Assembly (NCBI GenBank): GCA_030704615.1
Contig: CM060732.1
Coordinates: forward strand, 40,176,001-40,240,000
Source: Takakia lepidozioides
Taxonomy: Eukaryota; Plantae; Bryophyta
DNA: 64,000 nucleotides
Direction: 5' to 3'
Made by a program: the position numbers and the translations under genes. Below, one piece after another: positions 52,351 to 64,000 of the stretch. The notes beneath the pieces were generated by a model, which saw only the letters and a program-made list of their open reading frames with translations, made no database searches and had not been told where the DNA came from. Numbering within the stretch: the first letter of the stretch is position 1; the number at the start of each line of letters is the position of its first letter.

Positions 52351-55300
52351 TTAAGAAGAGTTATTCTGCTTGACGCTCTCAGCTAATGGCACCTTTCCAG
52401 CTCCAGCATCTTCACTTGTGATGCCAATCTGTCTCCACACAACCGCTAAACCACTACCCATGATGTTCATGAGGACAGCTGACACTGCAGCTGGAACTGC
52501 GGTTAGCGGGGACGTGAAGTGTGTAGTTGCCAAGACTACTCCCAAAGATGAATTTTGCATTCCCACCTGTCAATTTCCAAGACCCCTTAGAAAAGAAAGA
52601 TCCTGAATGGAACATGGAGGACATCCTGGCCTGCCTGATCCTGAGAGACTTTCATTTACCTTTAAATGAAACTTTACCATGGAAATCTTGTAGAACTCCT
52701 CGGAGAATGTAATGGGTGTGCAAACCAACCTTCCTGTGGTGTAGTTTCATATCATTTCAGTGACAGGCAATTACCATGGAGATTGAGATCCAACAATGGA
52801 AATGAGTATTCACTATCTGTGTGATACTTCAAGCCCTAAGTTTAAGGGATCTATCAGTAGATGGTGACAACTCACTAGTGCATCGTATGTTACAGAGGAC
52901 AATGTTAGATCACAGAGAATAGATCACAGAGAAAGCCCTCCTCACTCTCAGACCTAGAAACAAGGCACTGCCCTGCATTTCAATCATGTCTCCCCAATAT
53001 ACATCATCAAATCCATTATTCTAATGTTGAAGCTTAGATCGTCTATACAGTGCAAGCAGCAAGATCAGAGAAAGAGTACCTCAATTGAGATAGCACGGCG
53101 CTGTGACTCAGCAAATCCTGCTAGCATGGCAACCACATACCTGCCGGTTAAAGCACATGGCACGTCAGTATGGGTAAAACAGCTCATGGAGTGTAGAAAT
53201 ACAAGACAAGCCCAACTTTTCTCTAGATTAAGCTCTACTAGCACTCCCACATGAATGTCCAGATACGTATCTTAACATTGGGAAATGAGTCCGGGGAACA
53301 AACCGAAGTGAAAGACTATAAATTACTCTGCAATAGAGCAACGACATACCCAAGGAAAAAGCCTGCAGCATGGACTGACAACACAGCCCCTCCAATGATT
53401 CCCAAGTGTGCCAAAACAGATGAAGCACTTTGAGCTGGTGACATAAACACTGCCCCTGCTGTACTGGTGGAGAGAAGTGTTCCTGGGATTGTCCCTATGT
53501 GTGAGGTAAGTGAAGCAGCACCGAGGAGAGGAACGTTTGCTGAAAAAACACTGCGCCAGGACGTACAAAGGTAAGGTAAGTGCCAACAAAAAGGATGAGC
53601 TTTTGAAGGTGGTGAGGGAGTCGAGTATAGCCTTATGGTAGAATTTGAATGAGTTCAGGCATCCACCACTGATACGACCCTGTGGTGTGGGATGTGGGGG
53701 TGGCTGTCAGTCATCACGGGACTGCTGTAAATTAATGTGAAAGAGCAACACTACAGGCAATGGCTAGAGGGTATTGGAAGATTAAAATCTGATTTACTCC
53801 ATTCCTTTAAAGCTCAAGGCATAAGAATAAAAGCAACCAGCAGAGAGAAGGAACAGATAGAGCTAAAGACAGACAGAAAGAAGTTTATCACGTCCATGGG
53901 AAGACCAATGGGCCTGAGGGACAAGAACAGAATGTACTCATAAGACGTTGTTTGCCGTAGCCTGAGGGACAAGAACAGAAACAGAACCAAAGAACTACAG
54001 GGGCGTCCCCTTTTCACTATGTAATAAGAAAAAGATACAAACTCATTACTTCCACAGCAGGCTCAAAGAGAAATGTACTCGTAGGACGTTGTTTGCCGTA
54101 GCCTCATGGCCATAGACCCTGTGCCCAGTTTGGGCGGAACAAGAGGGACTTGTGAGGGGCTCACTCCACTAGTGGGACATACCCTGATATAATCAATTAG
54201 TTCGGTCTTTCCAGATTTCCTCTAGAAAGTCCTTCACACAAGCATCAATGTGAGCTGCCCAGCAATTAGACCCAAACATGTACGGGCATTAGTCTCAGCC
54301 TCGAGATTTTGAAAGTTGGTGAACAGAGGTGCAGGGACTATGTTATTGATGGTCCTCAAGAGCATTACCAAGAAATTGTGAATCAGAAAATGGATATTTT
54401 CTTCAGGTCGCCGGCACATCGGGCGTTAACAATCTCCCTTTCCTGCATCTGTTTATTGTTCAAAGGTAGACCCCACCTTGAGTTTACATTTCAGTGTGCC
54501 AAGGCTCAAAGAGAGGGAGAGAGGCACACCTGCTAGCCAATAAAGAGGACACCAAGACAGCAACCAAAGGTGCAAATTGTGTGATTGAAGCAACAATCTG
54601 TGGGCATGAGCTTTGCATGCAAGCTCCCAGGAGAGTTGGTGCCAAAACTACCTGCACAAAAGCAGAAAGTTGAAGATCTGATGTGAGAGAGGATTTGACG
54701 TGTTTTTCTCAGCATGTAGCCTGACACACAGCTGCCTCAAACTTGCACCGCTGGTGACTGAAGCTATTGACCTTTGAGCTGCATACTGATAAAAGACAAA
54801 GTGGCTACTCAGGACAAAGCCTTCATGTGTTGAGAAAGAAGATCTTTTGAGATTGAAACAACAAGGGGCATATTGAATGCCAATGACTCTGAAGATAAGC
54901 AGATAATTTACTGGCACCTCTACAGATACAGCATCTGGCAGCTGTGACCCATCCGAAATGAGATGTAGGCCATAAAAAAATTTCTTACAATCGCCGAGAA
55001 AGAATAACCTGCAACGTACTGAGAGCCAACCCAGCAGCATCAACAGGCACATATGATCCAGCTAAGGCACGTGTCAACAGCGGAGTGGTGACTACAGCAG
55101 CCAACGTGGTGCACATGGTCATGAGGATGGAGAGAGGTACATCCCCTCCGGCTATGTACGTCACCTACAAAGAGCAAGTTCCAAAATCAGTAAGTGTCTG
55201 GGAGCTCTTTTGGCAGAGTGCAAATTCAACATTTCCAGATAAGAGGAAGGGAGGGAGAGAGGAAAAGAGCCCACAAAAGAATGAGACAACTCAACAAGTA

Positions 55301-58300
55301 CAATTTAGTAATGTATCATGAATCAGTCCAGCAGCTTCAAGGTCTCCTGCCCCCACCCCACCCCCGCCTCACCCAGAACTTTATGGTTGCTTGGCCAGAG
55401 AGAGTTCCATGGTGCTCGCACCTCAGTAGTTAGCACTCTATGGTGTTTGACGGTCAAGTCAAAAAGGGAAGCTCTTTGCAAGAAGACTTCATAACCTATC
55501 TGACAACAGACCAGAAAATGGAAATGAAGAAACACAAACATCTGCAGAAAGCTCAAAGAAAGAAAAGAAATGAAATGAAAGGACCTTCAACCAACATAAA
55601 AAGCCACAAAAATATGAAGGAAAAATACAGGCAAAGGGACTTACCACATTGGATGCGGTGCCTCCTGGGCAACATGACATGAGAATAAGACCTGCAGAGA
55701 ACTCTGGAGAAAGTCCGAGCGCCCGGCTCACTCCAGCCCCAACTAGTGGCATGATGCCATATTGCGCAGCGAATCCAAACAAGACCTGTAATTCAGTACA
55801 GCTGTGAACAGGCAACTTTGACCCTCAAAACTTGTCATATTGGAGAAGGAGTGGTCAGATATAACAGCCCTCCAGCAACACTCCATTGCAAGTGGCCCTA
55901 TGGAAGTCTTATCTAAGTGGGTGAGAAGCTGAGTCCCCCTTCTGCTGTCACATCTGCGAAGAGCTTCCCTCAACACCCGCCGCACCAACCCAAAGGACAC
56001 AAGTACAACAACCCAGTAGATCTTGGTAGCGAGAGATGTACTAGGAGACTTTGTTTGCCATAGCCTTGTGGCCATAGCAAGAGAGAGAGAGAGAGAATGT
56101 ACTCATTACACGTTTGCTGTAGCATTGTGGCCATTGACAAAGCACCGAGTTCGAGTGGAACACAAAGGTACGAGCTCAAATCCCTTGAGGGATTTGAAGA
56201 GGGCGTCTCTCTGGTGAGAGTACCCAGGACAATAAATCAGAAAATGAATGTTGTCTTCAGGTTGCCCACACAATGGGCATTTGCAATCCCCCTTTCCTCT
56301 GTTCAAATTTCAGTCTAGTGCCGAGAGTGGGTGAACCCTTGAGGTCATTGAGAGAGATTGTACTCATAAGACGTTGTTTGCCGTAGCCTTGTGGCCATTG
56401 GGCTTCAGCTCGTGAAGACTGCTCCGCCCTCCCCCTGATTGCCTTGTGCTTCCTCATTCCAGTTCGAGGTCATTGAGAGAGAGAGAGAGAGAGAGAATTT
56501 GTCCATGACATCCAAGAGTGAGCCGAAGATAGAGAGTGCAGTCAACAACATTGAGAGTGGAAGAAACTTACTGCAAGAGGGCGGTTAAGCACAACATGCA
56601 GCAGATCCTGGATTCGAAGTGTGAGCCCCATGGCAAGCATGATGAGGCCTAATGCGGCACTATATGAGTTGGGCCCTCTCTTCACAAACCATGAAAAAGT
56701 TGAGGGTCTCAGAAAGGCTAGTAAACCACCGGCCAGCATGTACACAGGATACAAGCTAGTTGCCAGAGATACCCACTCCTGCAAGTCCTTCTGTACCTGA
56801 TCAGAAAACCCAATAATATAGATATTAGATGTGCCCCCTCTCTCTGCAGCCATATTGGACAAGAATTGAACAGATTGTTGCAACCTAGGCACAAACTGCA
56901 TCTGTAAACTTGTGTGACACTACTGAGAAGGTTAGATCAACTGTGTACAAGGAACCTACAACTTGGACATCACTAACATGTGTCAATAGGACATATTTGC
57001 TGAACTGTGCTTGATTATAGGCCTGTTTGAGAATCTGTCAAACCCATCGCTGGATATTAACTGTACACTCTCAAGCATACTAAACAGTATCATCAGGTAT
57101 TCAACATATAATACACGCAGCACCAAGAATTGCAATATGTATGCCACTTAGGACTGACTACTATGTTAGCCATGTGTACTTGTGATGGCACAGCTTTTAC
57201 GGCATTTGGGCTTACCCAGCATAATGTCAATCCCACAAATTATTCTCCTGACACAACCAAAACACCTAATACCCCCTTCAAAACAAGCTACAGTGTTTGG
57301 ATCAAGAATATCCATGTATTTGGGAGATGAAAGACAGAATTTGGGGCCTGATTCAGATTTGGAATCTGAATCCATGTGCTTGTACTGCACTTGTATTAGA
57401 GTTGAGCCTGGAAATTTAAGGAGACCCACTTGCTGAGCAAAGTTGAAGATGAAGCCAGCTCAAATCGTTTGGATCTGACAACACTCCAAGAAAACCATTG
57501 TCGAAAAACTGGTGGAACTGTGCATACTCTCGGAGTCAGGAAGCTGGGTAGAAACCTTTAAGTATGGAGATATTCCAAGAATTGAGCTTTGAATAAGACG
57601 CCCCTGTCATAATGAAACCCACGCTGGAGGGCAACGGAACATCTCAACCTTGGAGCTCTTCCGATAAACCTCTACCGGTACTTAGCTGTGTACAACGAAG
57701 CGGTACTTATGCGACATTTTCAAGTGTACCACCGGTGTTTTCGTCATATTATTATGGTAATGCGACCCCTTATGGGCGTACATACACATATGTTGGGATT
57801 GTGTCACCACTGCACACTAAAAGGCAACGAGCAACAGCTCCTTCCCTTTCCTCATCGAACAGAGAAGTAAGTTGGTGTGAGTGAACGCATTCGTGCCTGC
57901 ATAGTCACAAACAGACAGTAAGAAATCATACTATACATTCAATTTTTCCCCACCTCTTCCTGATGGGGAGGCTCTGGTGCAGCAGTCGTCAAGTGAGGTA
58001 GAACATGTGATGGCCTGTACCTTACACCCCGATTATTGGCTGAAGATGCTAATGAGTGTGATCCATCTAACAGCCTTCTTCCCACCCCAAACGCACTTTG
58101 ACATGTCCTTATGCTGGCCTGCATTTTCCCAGCTCCTTCCAGTTTTAGGCCATGGGAAGGAGGGAGCCCGTCTTGTTGATGTCTCCGGGAATGGATGATA
58201 CTGTCACGTGCTCTACGTCGTGAATAGGTGTGGAATTGTAGACAGAAGGAACACAACAGTGGGACTGTGCTCAACCGAACGGAATGCGGCTCAGACCTGG

Positions 58301-58367
58301 GCTTCCAGTGTAGCGCCTGCAAAGAAGCGAGGTCTGTTGTTGCAATGGACCTACACAGCCATTCCAT
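52351..58367 (-). CDS. Plastid bile acid:sodium symporter (BASS) family metabolite transporter, 8 exons
   Basis: Exons 58367-57954, 56796-56572, 55785-55645, 55164-55009, 54651-54530, 53550-53350, 53140-53080 and 52566-52351 are all GT-AG and in frame. Motifs: [53 protein letters not shown]. The N-terminus is transit-peptide-like. Confidence 0.93.
53932..56400 (-). repeat. Five intronic copies of a retroposon 3' end with a (CT)n tail (sixth copy at 44492-44530)
   Basis: TGTACTCATAAGACGTTGTTTGCCGTAGCCTTGTGGCCATTG at ~53932, 54072, 56045, 56098 and 56359. Two copies extend into a CCHC-type knuckle ([17 protein letters not shown]; [11 protein letters not shown]). Confidence 0.75.
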
Positions 58368-59761
58368 TCTACCTCCAGGCAGTTTTCCTTCCCCAAGAAA
58401 CAGTAGACACGGGCTCTGCCCACTACCGAAGCTCATGCACGCTGGATACATCCCTTCCTACAATGGCTCTATATAAATCGATGGGTGACATCTGCAGTAC
58501 TCAGTGAAACTGCTCCTTTCCTACAATGCCTGCGTTGGAAAGGACCCATGACATCTCTACTGCTGAGATTCTCTAACGAGCCAGAGTGATGCAGGACACC
58601 AAAACGGAGAGGTGACGTTTGAATTGCAGATTGTTCCTCACAAAACCCAACGAATTCTCATACCCATCAAAAGCAGAGCAGCATGATTGAGCGCGTTCAG
58701 AATAGAGGAAAAAGGAATGGCAGACAGTGGGATGAATACGTCACGTCCAGTGATAGATTATCCACAAGTCTAACGAAAATCTATCGGAAACCACCTTCTC
58801 CTTTCAAAATTGTGGTATGACCTCCCTGCTACTAAGGATTTTTGTTTTTGTATTGAACTTATGGAAGTATGCGAACAATTAAAATTAATTCTTCTCGACC
58901 TCTGGCTCCATCTGCATGAGAACTTGAAAGTTCTGTCGCTTGGCCTTGTGCGATGTCGGAACATCCTTTCTAAAAAGCTTCGAAATAGTTCTCTCATAAA
59001 ACGTCTTCTTCTACATCGACACCTCTGTCACCCTCAACTTGTGTGAACTTCACCAAGTGCTCCATCATAAACATTGCACTGATGTGTCAAAGTATTGGAG
59101 GAAAGTGATGAGGGAAACCACAATCTTGTGTGGATCACAAGTAGATGAGAAATAAGGTGAAGTACCTACACCTCAACTTCTTAGTCTTGGTCCTAAGTCC
59201 TAAGGCATTTATACGCATTTGTAATGTTCGAGTCCGAACTCACATTGGTCATTCCGACTGATGAAAACCTGTACAGCTTTATTCCGACTGGGACCTTGTT
59301 TCTCAAAGTGGGTCCTTGAGAAATTCACTGAGCCCAATTTTGCCTCTGTCCTCCCATAACAATAGAGAAAGACTTGTATACCTTGCCTCCTCAGCCTGAG
59401 TGGATAAAAGATTATTCATCCGTAGCATTACACTCAGCACGGATTTTACCTACATAGCCGCCACGACCACAGTCGTCGCAGATACTATGTAGAAAGAAAG
59501 TCTAGTGTCCAACTGGCCGAAAGATCTCCTGTGCATATGTTTCACACCCGACATGTGTACTGGTAGTAACACTGTTTGACGTACAGATAGCGTGAAGTAA
59601 TGTACATATATATATTTCTGTCTTCCACTGAGATTCAAATCTCCCTTCCAGACTTAATTTGAAGCATTTGAGAGCAAGAACTACGTAGAAGTGGTCAGGA
59701 AGGGATCAGAATCTTCAGGTTTTGGGTCTGCTGCACGATAGCAGCAGCGAGTTTGTCCGAA

Positions 59762-62539
59762 ATGTCTGACGGACGATACGAAGAAACACCCGGTTACGGC
59801 TCTGGAGCTCCTCCTCCTCAATCGGATGCTTACGGCTATGGAGCTGCTCCGCCTGATTATGGCGATGGCCAAGCGGGCTCCTACGGAGACCAGTCTACGT
59901 ATGGGTATGGGCAGGCTGTTCCCAACGGAGGTCAATCTTCCAATGGCTATGGGAGCTATGGGGCCAAGGAGGTGTCACCCTCGCAGGCGGTGTATGGCAC
60001 GTCTAGCGCCCTGACTGAAGCGGGGGAGAAGCACAAGCAGCAAGAGAAGATGATAGCGTTGGGTACTGCAGTTGCTGGAGCTTTCGCGCTGGTCAGATCT
60101 CTCACTCCTCCGGTTTTAGAGCAACCTCTTCTTGTTAGGGTTCTGATTCTGAGTTGGTAGTGAAGGTTGTGATGCCCTAGACTTGATAACTGGAAATTAT
60201 GGTGCCTAGAGTCATGACTTGTACAAGGGAAACAATCAATATATTAAGCAAGGTAGTTTGTTGGCTCTGTCCCGCAAGGGATAGAGGCATTGTGGAGTGG
60301 AGACATCTTGCCTAGGGGGAGAACTAGGCTTATCCATTAGCCTAGTCTATGGAGGGTTGATGGGCATAAGTATAAAACAACAACCCCAAAATCACCCAAG
60401 GAAAGAGCAAGGACAGAGCCTCTTGGGGCGGAGCTGCTTGCTATGTTTTGTTTGTAGCATTGTTGAGATCTCCGAAACCGCAAGGCCTAAGCCCGGGGTC
60501 TTGATACCGTTGGAAAGCCCTTGATGAGTACGGGAGCATGAAGGTGGTTTCATAATTTTTAGACTTGTGGTGCGAGAAATGTTGAATTTCAAGCACTTTT
60601 TGTCACTGGAAATTCATGAAAAATAGCAAATTGGGTTTTCTGTGGATTGAATATAAAACGATTGTGTGCTTAATGGCAGAGGCCACACTCGTAGGAATAA
60701 TGTAAGAATTTAATGCAAGCGTGGACTGAAGATACTTTTGTAGGCCTTCAATCAAATTTTCCCCGCGCATTTGTTGGTGTGTTGTATAGCAACGATCACC
60801 CCTCTTATTCCGGGCGTCTTTTTCTATATATAACCTCAAGGGGACTGAGGCCCAGAAATTTATTAAGTGAAATCTAACCTTGGGGAGGATATCGTAGAGT
60901 CCTTCGATGCCCGGCGTTTATTAATTCAAATTTTGCTTATCTGAAATATTCAAAAAGTAATGCCCTAAATGTCGAAGCGATAAAGAATTCCGCGTTAGGG
61001 TTATCCTCTAGAGGATATACCATAATTACTTCCCTAGAGGTAATTTAATGTATATGACCAACTTGTTCAAAAATTGTAAAAATCTAAATTTAGGTGCCGG
61101 ACCTTCTTTCTCTGAAATACTTAAATAAAATGACCCGAACATCGAAGGACTCTACGGTATATCTGAGAATGAAGGCATCGCCCAATTTAGAACAAAAAAA
61201 AACCAGTGAAAGATCAGGGCAGTAAACTACGCCCAAAGGAAACTCACAACAACAACATTAATACCCAAATGAAGGACCACAAAATCTTGTCCAAAATTGG
61301 GTTGGTATTCTTGTGTGAGCGGGAAGCTTGAGTACAGCGTGAGCAGGAAAATAATACTGGCGTGAGCACATTCCACAGTTATAGGGGTGATATGTTTGCA
61401 AACAAAATATTAAATATATGATAGATAAAACCCTCCACACACTGTTAAAAATAATATTTAGTAGCTAGATAATAGTAACAGAAATAATACAAATAATTTT
61501 AATATTATAATACTATAAATAAGAGTATTCCAGCGAAAGATGAGGCTTACTCCAGTATATCGAACAAACCAAAAAATGAAACACAAAAATTGAAAAGATA
61601 GTTTTGCTAGAGAAACTCATTGTGCTCACGTGAGCACAAATTTTAATTAGCTTCGCTATTTTTGTTACGTGAGCATATTCTCCTATTGCTGTAGCATATT
61701 CTTAAAATCATTTGGGAATATGGGGAATGTTCTGGTCTGCTCACGTGCTCACACACTATCCAGTCTCTTAAAAAATTATACTCACTATTACTATAATTGT
61801 ATTCCAGACGGTTTTATAATGTTGTTGGTTGTTGACGGTATATTATTGACGTGAAGTTAAGTGGCAGGGCTCGATTTTTGTTGGATTGCTATATCATTCC
61901 ATTCCATGATGTCACTTGGGTGTCTTGTAGCACATTTTTTGGGTATTTTTCATACCACCAAATGAGAGTAACGCCAATTTGACGGTGATACTCCTGTCAC
62001 TATGGCGTTACTCCAAACTATTGGTGTCACTCCGACGATGTCACCCCATTTCATGTGACTCCGGTGTCTGGTGTTACTCCAATCTGTGTCATTCTCTCTT
62101 GTGGGTGGGAAAATTTGATAAGCTGGAAATCAGCATACAGATCATATGTTTACATTAAGTTCTTACATTATTGCTATTGTTCGCCATTTGTTCAGCACTT
62201 TGATTAGCAAACAATGTACATTGATCTAGTCTTTTCGTTTTGGCAATAAGTCTACTGCGAGATATTAAAAGAATCTACGGTGTGTGGATTGTTATCCATG
62301 AACAGTATGAGCATTATAGGGAAAAGGTGGATCCAGTGAATGCTCAGAGACACCGCGTCGAGGCTACGGTTGGACAAGTTGCAGCGCTTGGGCTTGGAGG
62401 ATATAGCTCTCTCTATGAGTATTACAAGGGGAAAAAACGTCACCCCAAAGTCAGGCTGCAACAAACCAGTGAAGGAGGCCATCATCATGGGCATCACCAC
62501 AAACAATGGTCGAACCTTCTGAGAGGTGACACAATATAG
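59762..62539 (+). CDS. ASR: ABA/WDS-induced (ASR) protein, 2 exons
   Basis: Exons 59762-60091 and 62306-62539 join as KHKQQEK...GTAVAGAFAL|YEHY..KVDPVNAQRHRVE...GLGGY, the ABA_WDS domain with its usual intron position. It has a G/Y-rich N-terminus and a His-rich tail. Confidence 0.85.
60892..61157. mobile_element. Tc1/mariner-type MITE in the ASR intron
   Basis: TIR (T/C)CGTAGAGTCCTTCGATG / CATCGAAGGACTCTACGG with TA on both sides. Confidence 0.8.
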
Positions 62540-63389
62540 TTTAACTACAAAACGATAATTTAGGGTTCAAGAAAAATGTCGCCTTGAAAAGATCATATTG
62601 GTATTGCACATACACATAGGTGTTAGCACTTGAGTGTGCAAAGTCCAAGACTCCTAAGGTGCTAAAATATAACCTTGTCCAACTGAAGTAGTACCTAGTT
62701 TGAAGAGTTGAAGAGAGAGATGACGCCAACCAAGGCTAGGATAAATAATCTTGACCCCTTCCAGAAGTGGGCTCGACATATACTTATAGATGGCTCGTCC
62801 CCAAGGAAGCATAAAATATAGTGTCTCTTATATATATATATACATATAAGTGGTGGTCTCTTTACAAAGTGACAGTTAGACTACTTTCTATCTTGTGTCT
62901 TTTATGATAAGTGCGGCGAAGGATCCAATTGCGGTGAGGTGGACGTCGCAGATGTAGGGTATGGTTGATATGTGGGTTAGGCCAAGGTTTTGTTTCAGAC
63001 TCCAAATATAGGCATTAATGGCATGGGTAGATAAGGCATGGTAAGAGCCACAAAGCTGTAAGGTTGAACCAAAGTTTCTAAGACTGTGAGAGCATGAGTT
63101 TGTAAAGTTGTCAAACCCCTTGTGGGGACTTGCACGAATTTCCCAAATTGCACAATTTGAGGAGTCTAGAAGCGAGTGCTCATGATAACACGGGATACCA
63201 TTGTTCTGAAAGCCTCATCTCCAGCCGTAACATCTGCATTTTGATGTTCTTAAGATAATCATATAAATAACCTAGGTGCAAAGGTAACTCGAGGTACACC
63301 ACATGGAATCCAAATGTATATACACATCCACATAAACTACAGCGGCTTCAGGTGTACCATATTCAGATTACTTGGTTTCTTTTTCAGCA

Positions 63390-64000
63390 AAACGAAGATT
63401 TTGAAGAAGAAATCTTCATGATGAAGTAACACAAGGTTTCATCATTAAAGGTAAAGATGATCGTTTTTGTCCGTTGAAGAAGGCATTATACGGGCTTATA
63501 CACAAGGGTCCAAAGTCCAAAGCTTGCTACCTCAAATTGACAAAGTGCCTATTGCCATTGTTTCAATCAAAACACCTCAGATCCTTGTCTTTATATGATT
63601 GAGGGAAAACATGTAGTCATCATGGTTGTGTATGTATGACTTGGAAAGGTTACTCACCATCAAGAACATGCTATGAACATTATTCAGAATGGTTGATATG
63701 GATGAGGCTCACTCTCATTCAAGCACCAGCCCAGAGAAAAATCATCCTGAGCCAGGGAAGGTGTAACATTTTTGAGAACCTCTTCAAGTTTAACATAAGC
63801 GAGTGTCAAGTGTCAACCAGTGTTAAGTGGTAGCCTGTACACTATGGAGGAGCAAGACGTCCCTTGTCAAAATGTCGGGTAGTTTGATGTGGGCCATAGT
63901 AAACCTTGCTTATTCAATCAGGTTGTTGAGTCAGGTAGTGACTAAACCCGGACATGCACATTGGACCGCAATGAAGCATACATGTACATCTACAAATATC
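63390..64000 (+). mobile_element. Ty1/Copia RT fragment, decayed
   Basis: EEIFM...GFIIKGKDDRFCPLKKALYGL, SDPCLY, VVYV, GSLMWA, PGHAHWTAMK. Confidence 0.8.

Overview
This is eukaryotic nuclear DNA from a non-seed land plant, probably a bryophyte (inferred from the PLS-E-DYW PPR gene, BASS, ASR and spliceosomal introns). Host genes sit at the edges: an ABC1 kinase (left, running off the window), a frameshifted PDF-motif+PLS-PPR-E-DYW gene, an 8-exon BASS transporter and a 2-exon ASR gene. Between them, about 4-44 kb is a nest of transposons. A 19.6-kb hAT-bounded element (4040-23676) holds a Helentron (OTU-Rep-PIF1-AP endonuclease plus an RPA70-like gene), a SWIM/MULE element and captured host gene pieces. 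It is followed by a pogo transposase, a MULE-like and a hAT MITE, a Ty3/Gypsy element and a piggyBac transposase. Two things stand out. (1) The Gypsy pol carries a DNMT3-like cytosine methyltransferase between protease and RT and a PHD finger after integrase. (2) An OSB-type PDF ssDNA-binding motif is fused to a PLS-PPR-E-DYW editing factor, in two diverged paralogues. All calls come from reading motifs by eye; no searches were run.
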